Shown here: positions 40,186 through 49,589 of the stretch, piece after piece
Layout: each line of letters begins with the position of its first letter
Numbering within the stretch: position 1 is the first letter of the stretch
Source: an uncultured Candidatus Saccharibacteria bacterium
GTDB lineage: Bacteria > Patescibacteriota > Minisyncoccia > Phycocordibacterales > DSPV01
NCBI GenBank assembly: GCA_964616075.1
Contig: CAZTRA010000003.1
Coordinates: forward strand, 26,075-90,074
Direction: 5' to 3'
Length of the DNA: 64,000 nt
Made by a program: the position numbers and the translations under genes
Notes under the pieces: generated by a model
Seen by the model: the letters and a program-made list of their open reading frames with translations, nothing else
What the model was told of the DNA's origin: nothing
Databases searched by the model: none

Positions 40186-40560
40186 TCACAATGCTTCCAT
40201 AAGCAAAGACACTTGAGCCCGTTTTGAAACCGTGTCAAGCAACACCCCACATACACCAAAACACCAATTTCCCTCTACTCTTTTTTCAAGCACATAAGAT
40301 CCTATCACCCGTCGCAACTTAGCAACCTTTTCACGTGTAACCCGTTCCTCAGGGCGACAACACTCCTTCACAACGGTCCATGAGCTACTTAAAGATTCAA
40401 CCGTTTTAACTTCAACAAATAAAAGTCTGTCCACATATTGCATCACAAGATCAATTTCACCCCATGGTTTACGGTAATTCTTACAAATACACACATACCC
40501 CTTCTTTTCGAGAAATTTTTGAGCAATCTGCTCACCCAAAACACCAATATTATATTTCAT
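40186..40560 (-). CDS. yraN: YraN family (UPF0102) endonuclease
   Basis: 124 aa. Contains GE.A..FL…GY.ICCKNYR…GEIDLVM…LLFVEVKT. Confidence 0.7.
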   Translation of the reverse strand: MKYNIGVLGEQIAQKFLEKKGYVCICKNYRKPWGEIDLVMQYVDRLLFVEVKTVESLSSSWTVVKECCRPEERVTREKVAKLRRVIGSYVLEKRVEGNWCFGVCGVLLDTVSKRAQVSLLMEAL

Positions 40561-40576
40561 GTGTAACTTCCATTTA

Positions 40577-40590
40577 GTTTCACGTGAAAC
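40577..40590. promoter_or_regulatory. Perfect 14-bp palindrome GTTTCACGTGAAAC immediately upstream of yraN
   Basis: Seen directly in sequence, 17-30 bp upstream of the yraN start codon. Candidate operator. Confidence 0.35.
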
Positions 40591-40778
40591 GTGAATATCA
40601 AATTTTATAGCTATGTTGTATTAAAAGACAACATTATTATCATGTCTTTTTCCACATAGTCCACATACTTATCCCCAACTCTAGACCTCTCTAGGAGGCA
40701 AAACAGCTCAACAAAGCCTTTTTAAGAAAAAAAACTTTTATTAACAGACATTTACTTACCTAAAAAGCGCTTGTCCTT

Positions 40779-40852
40779 TGGTGCGGGTAGGGAGAATCGA
40801 ACTCCCGTCTCGTCCTTGGCAAGGACGCATTCTACCACTAAACCATACCCGC
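40779..40852 (-). tRNA. tRNA-Gly (anticodon GCC), CCA encoded
   Basis: Reverse complement is GCGGGTATGGTTTAGTGGTAGAATGCGTCCTTGCCAAGGACG…GGAGTTCGATTCTCCCTACCCGCACCA. Confidence 0.8.
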
Positions 40853-40914
40853 AAGTAAAAATTCCACGAAACACAAAGAGTATATCGTAGAGTGCGCACT
40901 TCTACAAACCAACA

Positions 40915-40988
40915 GGTGCCCTCGGCAGGATTCGAACCCACAACAACGGTTCCGAAGACCGTTGTGATATCCATTTCACCACGAGGGC
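40915..40988 (-). tRNA. tRNA-Arg (anticodon UCG), 3' CCA not fully encoded (ends CC-T)
   Basis: Reverse complement is GCCCTCGTGGTGAAATGGATATCAC-A-ACGGTCTTCGGAACCGT-TGTTG-TGGGTTCGAATCCTGCCGAGGGCACC. Anticodon loop is CUUCGGA. Confidence 0.65.
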
Positions 40989-41046
40989 AGGCGATTATGA
41001 TACAACACTTTGCCCCGTAACAGCAAAAAAGCTACTATAACAACAT

Positions 41047-42552
41047 ATGGAGCATCAAACAGCTGAAATATGGGTATCTATACCACACGAGGTATACAGC
41101 ACCACCCTAATACTCAAAAAAAATGGTAAAAAAGCCTTCCTTGTAGGAGGTTGTGTGCGCGACCTTATTATCGGAAAACAACCAAAAGACTGGGACATCA
41201 CCACAGACGCGTTACCGCAAGAAATACAATCCTTATACCCTCATACCCATTATGAAAACACTTTTGGTACAGTAGGCGTCATATTTGACACTCCGAGCAC
41301 CGAAACTGTTCGTATTATTGAAATAACGCCTTTTAGGAAGGAATCTGCATATAAAGACCACAGACACCCTCAAGAAGTCCTATTTGCAAGAGAAATAGAA
41401 GAAGATCTAAAACGTCGCGACTTTACAATAAACGCAATCGCGCTCGATATTCAAGGAGAGAAGGAGGGATTTTATAAAGGACAAATTATTGACCTTTATG
41501 GGGGTATCGGTGACCTTAGCAAAAAAATACTCAAGACAGTAGGAAACCCAATTGACAGATTTACAGAAGATGGACTACGCATTTTACGAGCAGTACGCCT
41601 TGCAACAGAGCTCTCTTTCTCAATAGACGCCGACACAGAGCGGGGAATTATTGAAATCGCCCCAACACTGCTACATATTTCAACGGAACGAATACGGGAT
41701 GAACTAGTTAAAATTATTCAGTCAGAAAATCCTATGACGGGCTTTTTGCTCCTGAAGAAGCTTAAACTTTTACCCTATATCATACCAGAATTAGCCCAAT
41801 CCATTGACGTAGAACAAAATAAAGCCCATTCATATGATGTTTTTGAACACCTATTAAGAAGCCTCCAGCATGCAGCAAAAAAAAATTACCCTTTGGAAGT
41901 TCGACTCGCGGCACTCTTGCATGACATTGGGAAGCCTGCAACACGCCGAAAGGGAGCAAATGGCGAATGGACGTTCTACGGACACGAAGTTGTTGGGTCA
42001 AAAATGGCCAGAAACATACTCAAACAATTAAAGTTTCCCGTGAAACTCATCGATACGGTTACTTCTTTGGTACGTTGGCACATGTTCTTTTCTGATACAG
42101 AAAAGATAACACTTTCAGCTGTACGCAGAATTATTACAAAAGTAGGAAAAGATCACATCTGGAATCTTATGGATCTTCGTGTCTGTGATCGTATTGGCAC
42201 AGGTAGACCAAAAGAAGACCCCTATCGATTAAGAAAATACCGTGCCATGATTGAAGAGGCTCTACACGACCCCTTATCGGTCGGCACGCTTGCCATAAAT
42301 GGATCTGACATAATGCGAGATCTATCACTCGAACCAGGACCAAAAATTGGCCATATCCTGCACGCCCTTCTTGAAGAAGTACTTGAAGACCCCTCAAAAA
42401 ATACTGCTATTATCCTTACAAAAAGAGCAACTGAATTAAACGCTCTTCCTGTAGAGGTATTACAATCACTTGGCAAACAAGGAAAAAATAGAAAAGACGA
42501 ACAGGAGCAAGATCTTATCGACGAAATACGCTCAAAATATGGCGTAAAATAA
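41047..42552 (+). CDS. cca: CCA-adding tRNA nucleotidyltransferase with HD domain
   Basis: Contains FLVGGCVRDLIIGKQPKDWDITTDALP (Pol-beta NT head) and LAALLHDIGKP (HD). Sits next to the tRNA cluster. Confidence 0.85.
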   Translation: MEHQTAEIWVSIPHEVYSTTLILKKNGKKAFLVGGCVRDLIIGKQPKDWDITTDALPQEIQSLYPHTHYENTFGTVGVIFDTPSTETVRIIEITPFRKESAYKDHRHPQEVLFAREIEEDLKRRDFTINAIALDIQGEKEGFYKGQIIDLYGGIGDLSKKILKTVGNPIDRFTEDGLRILRAVRLATELSFSIDADTERGIIEIAPTLLHISTERIRDELVKIIQSENPMTGFLLLKKLKLLPYIIPELAQSIDVEQNKAHSYDVFEHLLRSLQHAAKKNYPLEVRLAALLHDIGKPATRRKGANGEWTFYGHEVVGSKMARNILKQLKFPVKLIDTVTSLVRWHMFFSDTEKITLSAVRRIITKVGKDHIWNLMDLRVCDRIGTGRPKEDPYRLRKYRAMIEEALHDPLSVGTLAINGSDIMRDLSLEPGPKIGHILHALLEEVLEDPSKNTAIILTKRATELNALPVEVLQSLGKQGKNRKDEQEQDLIDEIRSKYGVK

Positions 42553-42596
42553 AGTTTCATATGTAACATTTACATTTATTTTTAATTGTTACACGT

Positions 42597-42655
42597 GAAA
42601 AACCGCTCGTGCGGCGTCGGAGAACTACAATGACGGCGCAAGAGCGGTTTTAGTG
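42597..42655 (+). terminator. Long imperfect hairpin terminator after cca
   Basis: ACCGCTCGTGCGGCGTC-N13-GACGGCGCAAGAGCGGT followed by TTTT. Confidence 0.55.
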
Positions 42656-42906
42656 TGGTTTGGGCATGTTCCAGTTTGTGGTCATTAAACGCTTCGGATA
42701 AGTAATCCGAAAATGGATGTATTGAGAATTCTTATCCTCGTTTATATAAACCCTAAAAACCAGGGCAACCTGACACCACGAAAGAGAGTTTGGCGCTCCT
42801 CTTGTTTTGAAAGAACTGTACCGATGTAACCGCTTGAGCTATCACTAGCACACCAACATATAAACATATACCCTGTCTGCTCCTGCGATCTTCTGATACA
42901 TATTGT

Positions 42907-42959
42907 ATGTCCTTTATACGCATTGTAAAGGACATATTGTGGATAAGTTGTCCTTTATA
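42907..42959. repeat. Inverted + direct copies of the TGTCCTTTATA motif at the 3' end of xth (candidate recombinase or regulator site)
   Basis: ATGTCCTTTAT-ACGCAT-TGTAAAGGACAT forms a near-perfect 11-6-12 palindrome at 42907-42935. A third direct copy, GTTGTCCTTTATAG, lies at 42947-42960. Confidence 0.5.
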
Positions 42960-43719
42960 GAACTATGCTTATAGGGCAGTGATCTGAACCCATCACTGTA
43001 TCGTGAATGGCTACCTTTTTAACCTCAGTCAAAACGTTTTTTGAAACAAAAAAATAATCTATACGCCACCCCACATTTCGATCACGGGCAAAGGTCTTCA
43101 TATCCCAATAAGTATAACGATTTTTTACTAAAGGATAAAAATGTCGATACACATCAATAAAATCAAAAGATATCACCCGATCAATCCAAGCCCGTTCTTC
43201 TGGTAAAAAACCAGTATTTTTCTCATTTTCTTTTGGTCGAGCTAAGTCGATTTCAGTGTGCGCAGTATTTACATCTCCACAAAAAATAACTTTTATTCCT
43301 CTTTCTTTTATTTTGTTTATATACAAAAGAAATGAATCATAATAACGGAGCTTAAACGCTAAACGATCCGGTCCACCGCCACCATTTGGGAAGTACGTAT
43401 TATTAAGCGCCATATTTTCAAAAAACAAAGTGATAGAACGGCCTTCTTGATCAAGATCTGGGACGCCAATACCATATTCAACCTTTATTGGTGCCACTTT
43501 GGTATACACAGAAACCCCACTATAGCCCTTTTTCACCTTTGCATGATCAAAGAACGATATAAATCCCGGAACGTTCTGTACCACAAGCGGCAACTGATCC
43601 TTATGAGCCTTAATTTCTTGTAAACAGAGAATATCTGGTTGCAACTCAAACACCGAATCAAATGCTCCTTTTTTATGAAGCGCTCGTAACCCGTTCACAT
43701 TCCAAGAAATAATATTCAC
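42955..43719 (-). CDS. xth: Exodeoxyribonuclease III (AP endonuclease)
   Basis: 254 aa. Contains MNIISWNVNGLRA, LCLQE, CGDVNTAH and GSDHCPI. Confidence 0.9.
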   Translation of the reverse strand: MNIISWNVNGLRALHKKGAFDSVFELQPDILCLQEIKAHKDQLPLVVQNVPGFISFFDHAKVKKGYSGVSVYTKVAPIKVEYGIGVPDLDQEGRSITLFFENMALNNTYFPNGGGGPDRLAFKLRYYDSFLLYINKIKERGIKVIFCGDVNTAHTEIDLARPKENEKNTGFLPEERAWIDRVISFDFIDVYRHFYPLVKNRYTYWDMKTFARDRNVGWRIDYFFVSKNVLTEVKKVAIHDTVMGSDHCPISIVL

Positions 43720-43742
43720 TCTTTCATTTTAACAAAAAATCC

Positions 43743-44744
43743 TTACGAACGTTTTTTGTTGTGAAATTTCGCGTGTACGTCTCGAAGATGTTTATCAGTT
43801 ACGTGTGTATACACCTGAGTTGTAGCGATGTGTGCATGGCCTAAAAGCGCCTGCACGCTTCGTAAATCAGCCCCGTTCGAAAGGAGATCTGTTGCAAATG
43901 TGTGACGCAGCACGTGGGGTGTTACTTTTTTACTAATGCCCGCTTTAATAGCGTAGTGTTTTACCAATCGCTCAACAGAGCGTGGGGATAGTGCAGAAGT
44001 AGCATCCTTTTTATTTTTCTGTACTGAAGGACTCCCTACCTGCACAAAAAGTGCTTCACCAAAGTCTTTTCGAGCATCGAGATACGCATGAAGCGCTTTT
44101 TTTGCCTCAGGAGAAATAAAAACGACCCGTACCTTATCTCCTTTTCCACGAACCGCACATTCATCAATCGACAAATCAATATCGCGCGGAAGCGAACATA
44201 GTTCAGACACACGCAATCCTGTTGAAAATAACAACTCCAATATCGCCCGATCACGGAGCGCTTGTATACCCGATCCCTCTGGCGCAGCCAGCAAACGCCT
44301 TAATTCAACCTCTGTAATAAGATCAAGAGATCGATCTCCCACTTTAGCAAGCTCAATACGCTCAGGCGCAAGGGCAGGGATACCACGACGCACGAGATAC
44401 TTAAGGAACGCTCGAAGTGCAATAAGATAATAATTTTGGGTTTTCTTCTTGAGAGTACCACCGCTAATTCCCGCAACAAAACGCCCAGCCGCGTTAAGTG
44501 TCAATGCACGTCGTGGATCAACCATTCGACGATTAAGTACTATGCGATAGTGTCGCATTACTTCATCAGTAATATCTTCAGGATGTTCACACTTGGTTTC
44601 TTGTAAAAAAAGAGAGAGGTACCGATCATAATTTTCGACCGTTTTAACACTTCTTCCACGTTCAATTTCAATATATTCAAGAAACTCACGCACCAACTCC
44701 TTTAAAGATCTGCTCATCGCTTCATTATAATCTATGTCGCACAA
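43743..44744 (-). CDS. xerC: Tyrosine site-specific recombinase, XerC/XerD-like
   Basis: N-terminal SAM-like domain (FLEYIEIERGRSVKTVENY). C-terminus has ALFSTGLRVSEL (R), HVLRHTFAT (H-R-H) and GHAHIATTQVYTHV (catalytic Tyr). Confidence 0.8.
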   Translation of the reverse strand: MCDIDYNEAMSRSLKELVREFLEYIEIERGRSVKTVENYDRYLSLFLQETKCEHPEDITDEVMRHYRIVLNRRMVDPRRALTLNAAGRFVAGISGGTLKKKTQNYYLIALRAFLKYLVRRGIPALAPERIELAKVGDRSLDLITEVELRRLLAAPEGSGIQALRDRAILELLFSTGLRVSELCSLPRDIDLSIDECAVRGKGDKVRVVFISPEAKKALHAYLDARKDFGEALFVQVGSPSVQKNKKDATSALSPRSVERLVKHYAIKAGISKKVTPHVLRHTFATDLLSNGADLRSVQALLGHAHIATTQVYTHVTDKHLRDVHAKFHNKKRS

Positions 44745-44823
44745 TATATTTGAGAAAAACAGATCTTTATATGCTATACGAAGTACTCTTGCCTAAAAAG
44801 GTCTTATATGTTAGGCTTATTTT

Positions 44824-45090
44824 ATGCTTACGAAGACGAAGAAACAGAAAATCATTAAAGAGGCTGCTATCCATAATACGGATACAGGCTCTCCTGAGGT
44901 GCAGGTATCACTTCTCACTAAACGAATTGAAGAATTGACCGAGCATTTAAAGAAGAACAAAAAAGATTTTCACTCACGTCGTGGTCTCCTGCAGATGGTT
45001 GCAGACCGTCAGAGCATGTTGAATTATTTGAAAAAGAAAAACACAAAACGCTTCACTTCTCTTTCAAAGAAAATCGACAAAAAGAAGTAA
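44824..45090 (+). CDS. rpsO: 30S ribosomal protein S15
   Basis: 88 aa. Contains [44 protein letters not shown]. Confidence 0.9.
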   Translation: MLTKTKKQKIIKEAAIHNTDTGSPEVQVSLLTKRIEELTEHLKKNKKDFHSRRGLLQMVADRQSMLNYLKKKNTKRFTSLSKKIDKKK

Positions 45091-45268
45091 TTCTGCTCAC
45101 TTATCTTTATTTAGATCGCACACCATTCCTCTTTCTGGTGTGTGTAAGCATATTTCGTGCAAAAATTCATGTATTTTTAGAAAAAGTTTTCCCCAATTAC
45201 ACCGACACAAAATAGAAAAAATATTCTATTATTCACCTCCCGAACCTTTTACATACCTAATATAATCT

Positions 45269-45790
45269 ATGTCCATGTCTATTATAAAACATAAAAATCA
45301 ACGTGTTGGCGTCTTTATTGATGCACAAAACATGTATCACAGCGCTAAACATCTCTACCGAGCACGGGTCAATTTTAAAAACGTTGTTGCGAACGCCGTT
45401 GGCGATCGACAACTTATCCGAGCTATCGCGTACGCAGCCAAAACAGAATCTGGCGAAGAGAATGCTTTTTTTGAGGCTCTTTCAAAAGCTGGTATTGAAA
45501 CAAAAACAAAAGATTTACAAATTTTTGCGGACGGTACCAAAAAAGCAGATTGGGATGTTGGACTTGCTGTTGATGCTATTAAAATGGCACCGAAACTTGA
45601 TGCCATCATCATATGTACTGGGGACGGGGACTTTATCCCCGCGGTCGAATACCTGAAAGCAACCCATGGCTGTCAAGTAGAAGTAGCCTCTTTTGGTAAA
45701 TCAACATCATCAAAACTCGTTGAGGCATGTGACCATTTTATGGATCTTGATGAAAGTCCTCAACAATACCTCATTAGTGGTAAACGCTAA
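45269..45790 (+). CDS. NYN domain (LabA-like/PIN-like) protein, predicted RNase
   Basis: 173 aa. VGVFIDAQNMYHSAK (FIDxxN start of NYN) and DAIIICTGDGDF, a conserved acidic cluster. Confidence 0.6.
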   Translation: MSMSIIKHKNQRVGVFIDAQNMYHSAKHLYRARVNFKNVVANAVGDRQLIRAIAYAAKTESGEENAFFEALSKAGIETKTKDLQIFADGTKKADWDVGLAVDAIKMAPKLDAIIICTGDGDFIPAVEYLKATHGCQVEVASFGKSTSSKLVEACDHFMDLDESPQQYLISGKR

Positions 45791-45892
45791 CATTCATAAA
45801 AACAATCAAAATTTATTGTTCCGCTGTTTTTATTATGGTCAAATCGAGTTTTTAATGTTACAGTGAATTTCTACTCATAATTGCTCGTCGGT

Positions 45893-45950
45893 GGATAAGT
45901 AGCTCTTAAGCGCGAAGTGTACGCTTGAGACCTAAAATCCAACGACGAGT
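45893..45950 (+). promoter_or_regulatory. Structured 5' leader hairpin upstream of pnp
   Basis: CTCGTCGGTGG…CCAACGACGAG long-range stem enclosing an inner hairpin, directly before the pnp ATG. Confidence 0.35.
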
Positions 45951-45956
45951 GCGCGT

Positions 45957-48152
45957 ATGCAAAAAAAAGAATATTCACTGGCGGTTGCTGATAAAGTCAT
46001 TACCGTTGAGTTCAACGATCTTGCTGAACAAGCTACAGGCTCAGTCATTGTCAAACAAGGCGACACCGTTGTTTTAATTACTGCGGTCATGGCGAAACAA
46101 AAAAAGGACGCCGATTTTTTCCCATTAACAGTTGATTACGAGGAGCGTTTCTATGCCGCGGGACAAATCCTCGGATCACGTTTCATTAGAAGAGAAGGGC
46201 GTCCCACTGAGGAAGCGGTACTCTCTGGTCGCATCGTTGATCGCACCATCCGACCACTCTTTGCACAACACATTCGTAATGAGATCCAAGTCGTTGTTAC
46301 TATTCTCTCTTTAGGAGCATACGACCCAGACGTCTTATCTGTTATTGGTGCATCACTTGCACTCTCCACGTCATCAATCCCATTCAATGGACCGGTCTCG
46401 GCGGTACGTATCGGTAAAAAAGTTGGGGTTGATGAATTACTCATCAACCCGACATACGAAACACGTCACGCTGACGACTTTGAATTTGACCTACTTGCCT
46501 GTGGCAAAGATGGTCTCATCAATATGATTGAGGTTGGAGGCAAAGAAGTATCTGAAGAACTCATCAACAAAGCGTTAACACTCGCCTCAAAAGAGATCGA
46601 GCATATTCAAACATTCCAAACAAAGATTATCTCAGAGATTGGTGTCAAAAAAACAGTGATTGAAAAACCTATCGAGCCTCCTCTCATGCGTACACTTTTT
46701 ACTGAACATATTGAACCAAAATTAAAAACAGCAATATGTTCCGGGCCTGGTAAAAAAAGTATCGATGAACTCGAAACTGAATGGATTGATCTCTTTAAAA
46801 AAACACTACCGGACGAAAATCCCTCGCTTGCTGCTCACTATTTTGAAGAAGCGGTAAATAATGTTATTCACGATGAAGCAATCGACAATAACATTCGCCC
46901 TGATGGTAGAGGTTTTGACGACATCCGTCCCCTATTCGCACAAGCCGGAGGTATTTCATCACTCCTTCATGGGTCAGGTATTTTTTATCGTGGTGGCACA
47001 CACATCCTCTCAGTGCTTACCCTTGGCGGACCAGGAGATATTCAAATTGTTGAGGGCATGGAAATACAAACAAAGAAACGTTTTATGCACCACTACAACT
47101 TCCCACCATTCTCAACTGGAGAAACAGGACGCATCGGCTCTACTAATCGTCGCATGATCGGACATGGCGCCTTAGCTGAAAAAGCACTCATTCCTGTACT
47201 ACCACCAAAAGACACCTTCCCATACACAATTCGCATCGTCTCTGAAGCGCTCGCATCAAATGGATCAACATCAATGGGTAGTGTTTGTGGTTCAACGCTC
47301 GCACTCATGGATGCTGGTGTACCGATCACGCGACCAGTGGCAGGTATTGCTTCCGGCCTGATGATGCGATCACCGCAAGAGTACAAAGTACTCACTGACA
47401 TACAAGGACCAGAAGACCATCATGGTGACATGGACTTTAAAGTTGCCGGCACACGAGAAGGGGTAACCGCGGTACAAATGGATGTGAAGGTGAATGGAAT
47501 ACCACTCTTTATTCTCGTCGAAGCATTTGAGAAAGCAAAATCTGCTCGCCTCCGAATCCTCGATGTTATTGAAAAAGAAATTGCCACACCCCGAGCAGAC
47601 ATATCACCAAACGCACCAAAAATTCTAACAATAAAAATAAGACCTGATCAGATCGGGTTAGTGATCGGCACAGGAGGAAAAACCATCAACGAAATTGCTG
47701 AAAAAACTGGCGCAACTGTCGATATTGAAGATGATGGTACTGTCTTCTTTACTGGTAAGAACGGCGGTGCTGAAGCGGCAAAAGCGATCGTCGAAAGCAT
47801 GACACGTGAATACAAAGCAGGCGAGCGTTTCACCGGAACAGTAACTCGCTTTCTTGATTTTGGTGCCTTTGTAAAAATCGGACCAAACGCAGAAGGTCTC
47901 GTACACGTATCTGAAATTGCTCCGTGGCGAGTTGATCGAGTAACAAGTCTTTTGCAAGAAGGAGAAGAGGTGCCAATCATCATTAAAGAAGTTGATGATA
48001 AAGGAAGATTGAACCTTTCTATTGTCCAAGCAGATCCTTTATGGGCAGAGCGCAAATTAGGAGGAAGACCAGCAGACGCGACCACACACGCATCTCGACA
48101 ACCCCGTAGAGACGGATCTCCACGATATGGCGGACACGGACACCGTCACTAG
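45957..48152 (+). CDS. pnp: Polyribonucleotide nucleotidyltransferase (PNPase)
   Basis: 731 aa. Two RNase PH domains, KH (GKTINEI) and S1 (GTVTRFLDFGAFV) domains. Follows rpsO. Confidence 0.92.
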   Translation: MQKKEYSLAVADKVITVEFNDLAEQATGSVIVKQGDTVVLITAVMAKQKKDADFFPLTVDYEERFYAAGQILGSRFIRREGRPTEEAVLSGRIVDRTIRPLFAQHIRNEIQVVVTILSLGAYDPDVLSVIGASLALSTSSIPFNGPVSAVRIGKKVGVDELLINPTYETRHADDFEFDLLACGKDGLINMIEVGGKEVSEELINKALTLASKEIEHIQTFQTKIISEIGVKKTVIEKPIEPPLMRTLFTEHIEPKLKTAICSGPGKKSIDELETEWIDLFKKTLPDENPSLAAHYFEEAVNNVIHDEAIDNNIRPDGRGFDDIRPLFAQAGGISSLLHGSGIFYRGGTHILSVLTLGGPGDIQIVEGMEIQTKKRFMHHYNFPPFSTGETGRIGSTNRRMIGHGALAEKALIPVLPPKDTFPYTIRIVSEALASNGSTSMGSVCGSTLALMDAGVPITRPVAGIASGLMMRSPQEYKVLTDIQGPEDHHGDMDFKVAGTREGVTAVQMDVKVNGIPLFILVEAFEKAKSARLRILDVIEKEIATPRADISPNAPKILTIKIRPDQIGLVIGTGGKTINEIAEKTGATVDIEDDGTVFFTGKNGGAEAAKAIVESMTREYKAGERFTGTVTRFLDFGAFVKIGPNAEGLVHVSEIAPWRVDRVTSLLQEGEEVPIIIKEVDDKGRLNLSIVQADPLWAERKLGGRPADATTHASRQPRRDGSPRYGGHGHRH

Positions 48153-48186
48153 AAACACCCCTCCCCACATACACAAAAAACACCCG

Positions 48187-49173
48187 ATGCTACAATACAC
48201 ACATCAGGTGTTTTTTATATTGACTATGCCTCCTCAAATCAACACATCTCCAGAAGACAAAAAACTAAATCAACACATACGGCCACTTCGAACGTTTCAA
48301 GACGATATGACTGAATTAATTGAGAAACAAGGAACTTCCATGAACGACATTTTGCTTGCGGAACAAACACGCCGTATCAATCGTGAAACACAAAGTATTG
48401 TTTCTGAAAAAAATGGTACATCATCATTCTTAGTACAACATAAAAGATTAATACTACTCACTGGGGGAATATTGATTATAGTCGGTGCACTTGTATTGTT
48501 TCTCGTGTTCTTCTTTGAAACAAAGAGCGGTGGTACAAATCTCATACCAAACACTGTCACTAAAACACCGTCACTCATTCCGATAGACACAGAGCGTACA
48601 ATATCCATCGCTACTCTTGATAAAAAAACAATACTTGAAGCAGTTGAGATGCGCCGACGATCAATAACACAATCATTGGGAAAAGTTGAAGGAATTCGTT
48701 TTGTTATCGGCACAGAAAAACAGGGGATTCCAATAACCACACATACATTTATACAAACCATTGCACCTCAACTACCTAGTACATTTGTACGAATCCTTGA
48801 ACCAGAATTCTTTTTTGGCATCACCCAAACGGGGTATCGAGAAACGTTTTTAATTATGAAAATAAAATCATTTCACACTGGTTTCTCAACAATGCTCGAT
48901 TGGGAACCAAAACTCTTAGATGACCTGTCGACACTACTTGCCCGTCTTGATAGTGCCGCATATCGATCAGTTACAAAACAAGGGGCTCCAGTACCAACAA
49001 TGTTCACCGATGAACTGTTTAAAAATCATAGTGTTCGTGTATCAAAAGATGCATCAGGCGCCACATCAATCATATATACCCTCATTAATCGAGATACAAT
49101 TGTTATTGCGAGCAGCGAATTATCTCTCGACGAAGCGCTCGATCGCTTGTCTGCCCGACGAACAATCCAATAA
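48187..49173 (+). CDS. Hypothetical single-pass membrane protein
   Basis: TM LILLTGGILIIVGALVLFLVFFF. No known domain. Start uncertain (48187 or 48226). The upstream ORF extension overlaps the pnp 3' end. Confidence 0.4.
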   Translation: MLQYTHQVFFILTMPPQINTSPEDKKLNQHIRPLRTFQDDMTELIEKQGTSMNDILLAEQTRRINRETQSIVSEKNGTSSFLVQHKRLILLTGGILIIVGALVLFLVFFFETKSGGTNLIPNTVTKTPSLIPIDTERTISIATLDKKTILEAVEMRRRSITQSLGKVEGIRFVIGTEKQGIPITTHTFIQTIAPQLPSTFVRILEPEFFFGITQTGYRETFLIMKIKSFHTGFSTMLDWEPKLLDDLSTLLARLDSAAYRSVTKQGAPVPTMFTDELFKNHSVRVSKDASGATSIIYTLINRDTIVIASSELSLDEALDRLSARRTIQ

Positions 49174-49193
49174 CACTCCTCGCGCACCTTTTT

Positions 49194-49577
49194 TTGGTTT
49201 ATACTACGATCATGAATACATCAACATTCAAAAAACAACTTGAGGTAGAATTTGCAGAACTTGAAAAAGAACTCTCTTCTGTTGGGAGACTCGATGAAGG
49301 AAATAAAATTGATTGGGTACCAAAACGCGATGACGCTAATATTGACACTGCCGACCGAGACGCTATTGCTGACTCCCTTGGGTCACTCGATGGAAATACT
49401 GCTATCCTCTCTGATCTTGAAATTCGCTACAACGAAATTAAAAAAGCTCTCGCAAGAATTGAGGATGGAACCTATGGTACCTGCATAATTAATGAACCGC
49501 ACCCAATTGAAACAGACCGTCTCACTGCTAATCCTGCAGCCACAACTTGTAAGATCCACCGGGAAGAACACCCCTAG
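49194..49577 (+). CDS. DksA/TraR-like family protein with degenerate zinc finger
   Basis: 127 aa. Coiled-coil N-terminus. C-terminus reads GTYGTC…RL.A.P.A..C, resembling DksA/TraR, but with only two Cys. Confidence 0.4.
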   Translation: MVYTTIMNTSTFKKQLEVEFAELEKELSSVGRLDEGNKIDWVPKRDDANIDTADRDAIADSLGSLDGNTAILSDLEIRYNEIKKALARIEDGTYGTCIINEPHPIETDRLTANPAATTCKIHREEHP

Positions 49578-49589
49578 ATAAATGCCGGT

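Noticed and set aside
42660-42900. Possible structured ncRNA (tmRNA, RNase P or SRP RNA) in the cca-xth intergenic region
   Set aside because: I could not find the diagnostic conserved boxes of any of these RNAs (no tRNA-like 3' end, no GGAAAGUCCGG or AGGUCAGG-type motifs). Left as unannotated spacer.
43743-44744. Tyrosine recombinase as phage or ICE integrase marking a mobile element next to tRNAs
   Set aside because: The protein has the XerC/XerD-type N-terminal domain and HVLRHTFAT/GHAHIATTQVYTHV motifs. The flanks are housekeeping genes (xth, rpsO). No att-like tRNA 3' duplication is seen. It is more likely the chromosomal Xer recombinase.
47648-48085. 145-aa and 123-aa minus-strand ORFs inside pnp
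   Set aside because: Overlap the S1/KH region of PNPase. No start context. Antisense artefacts.
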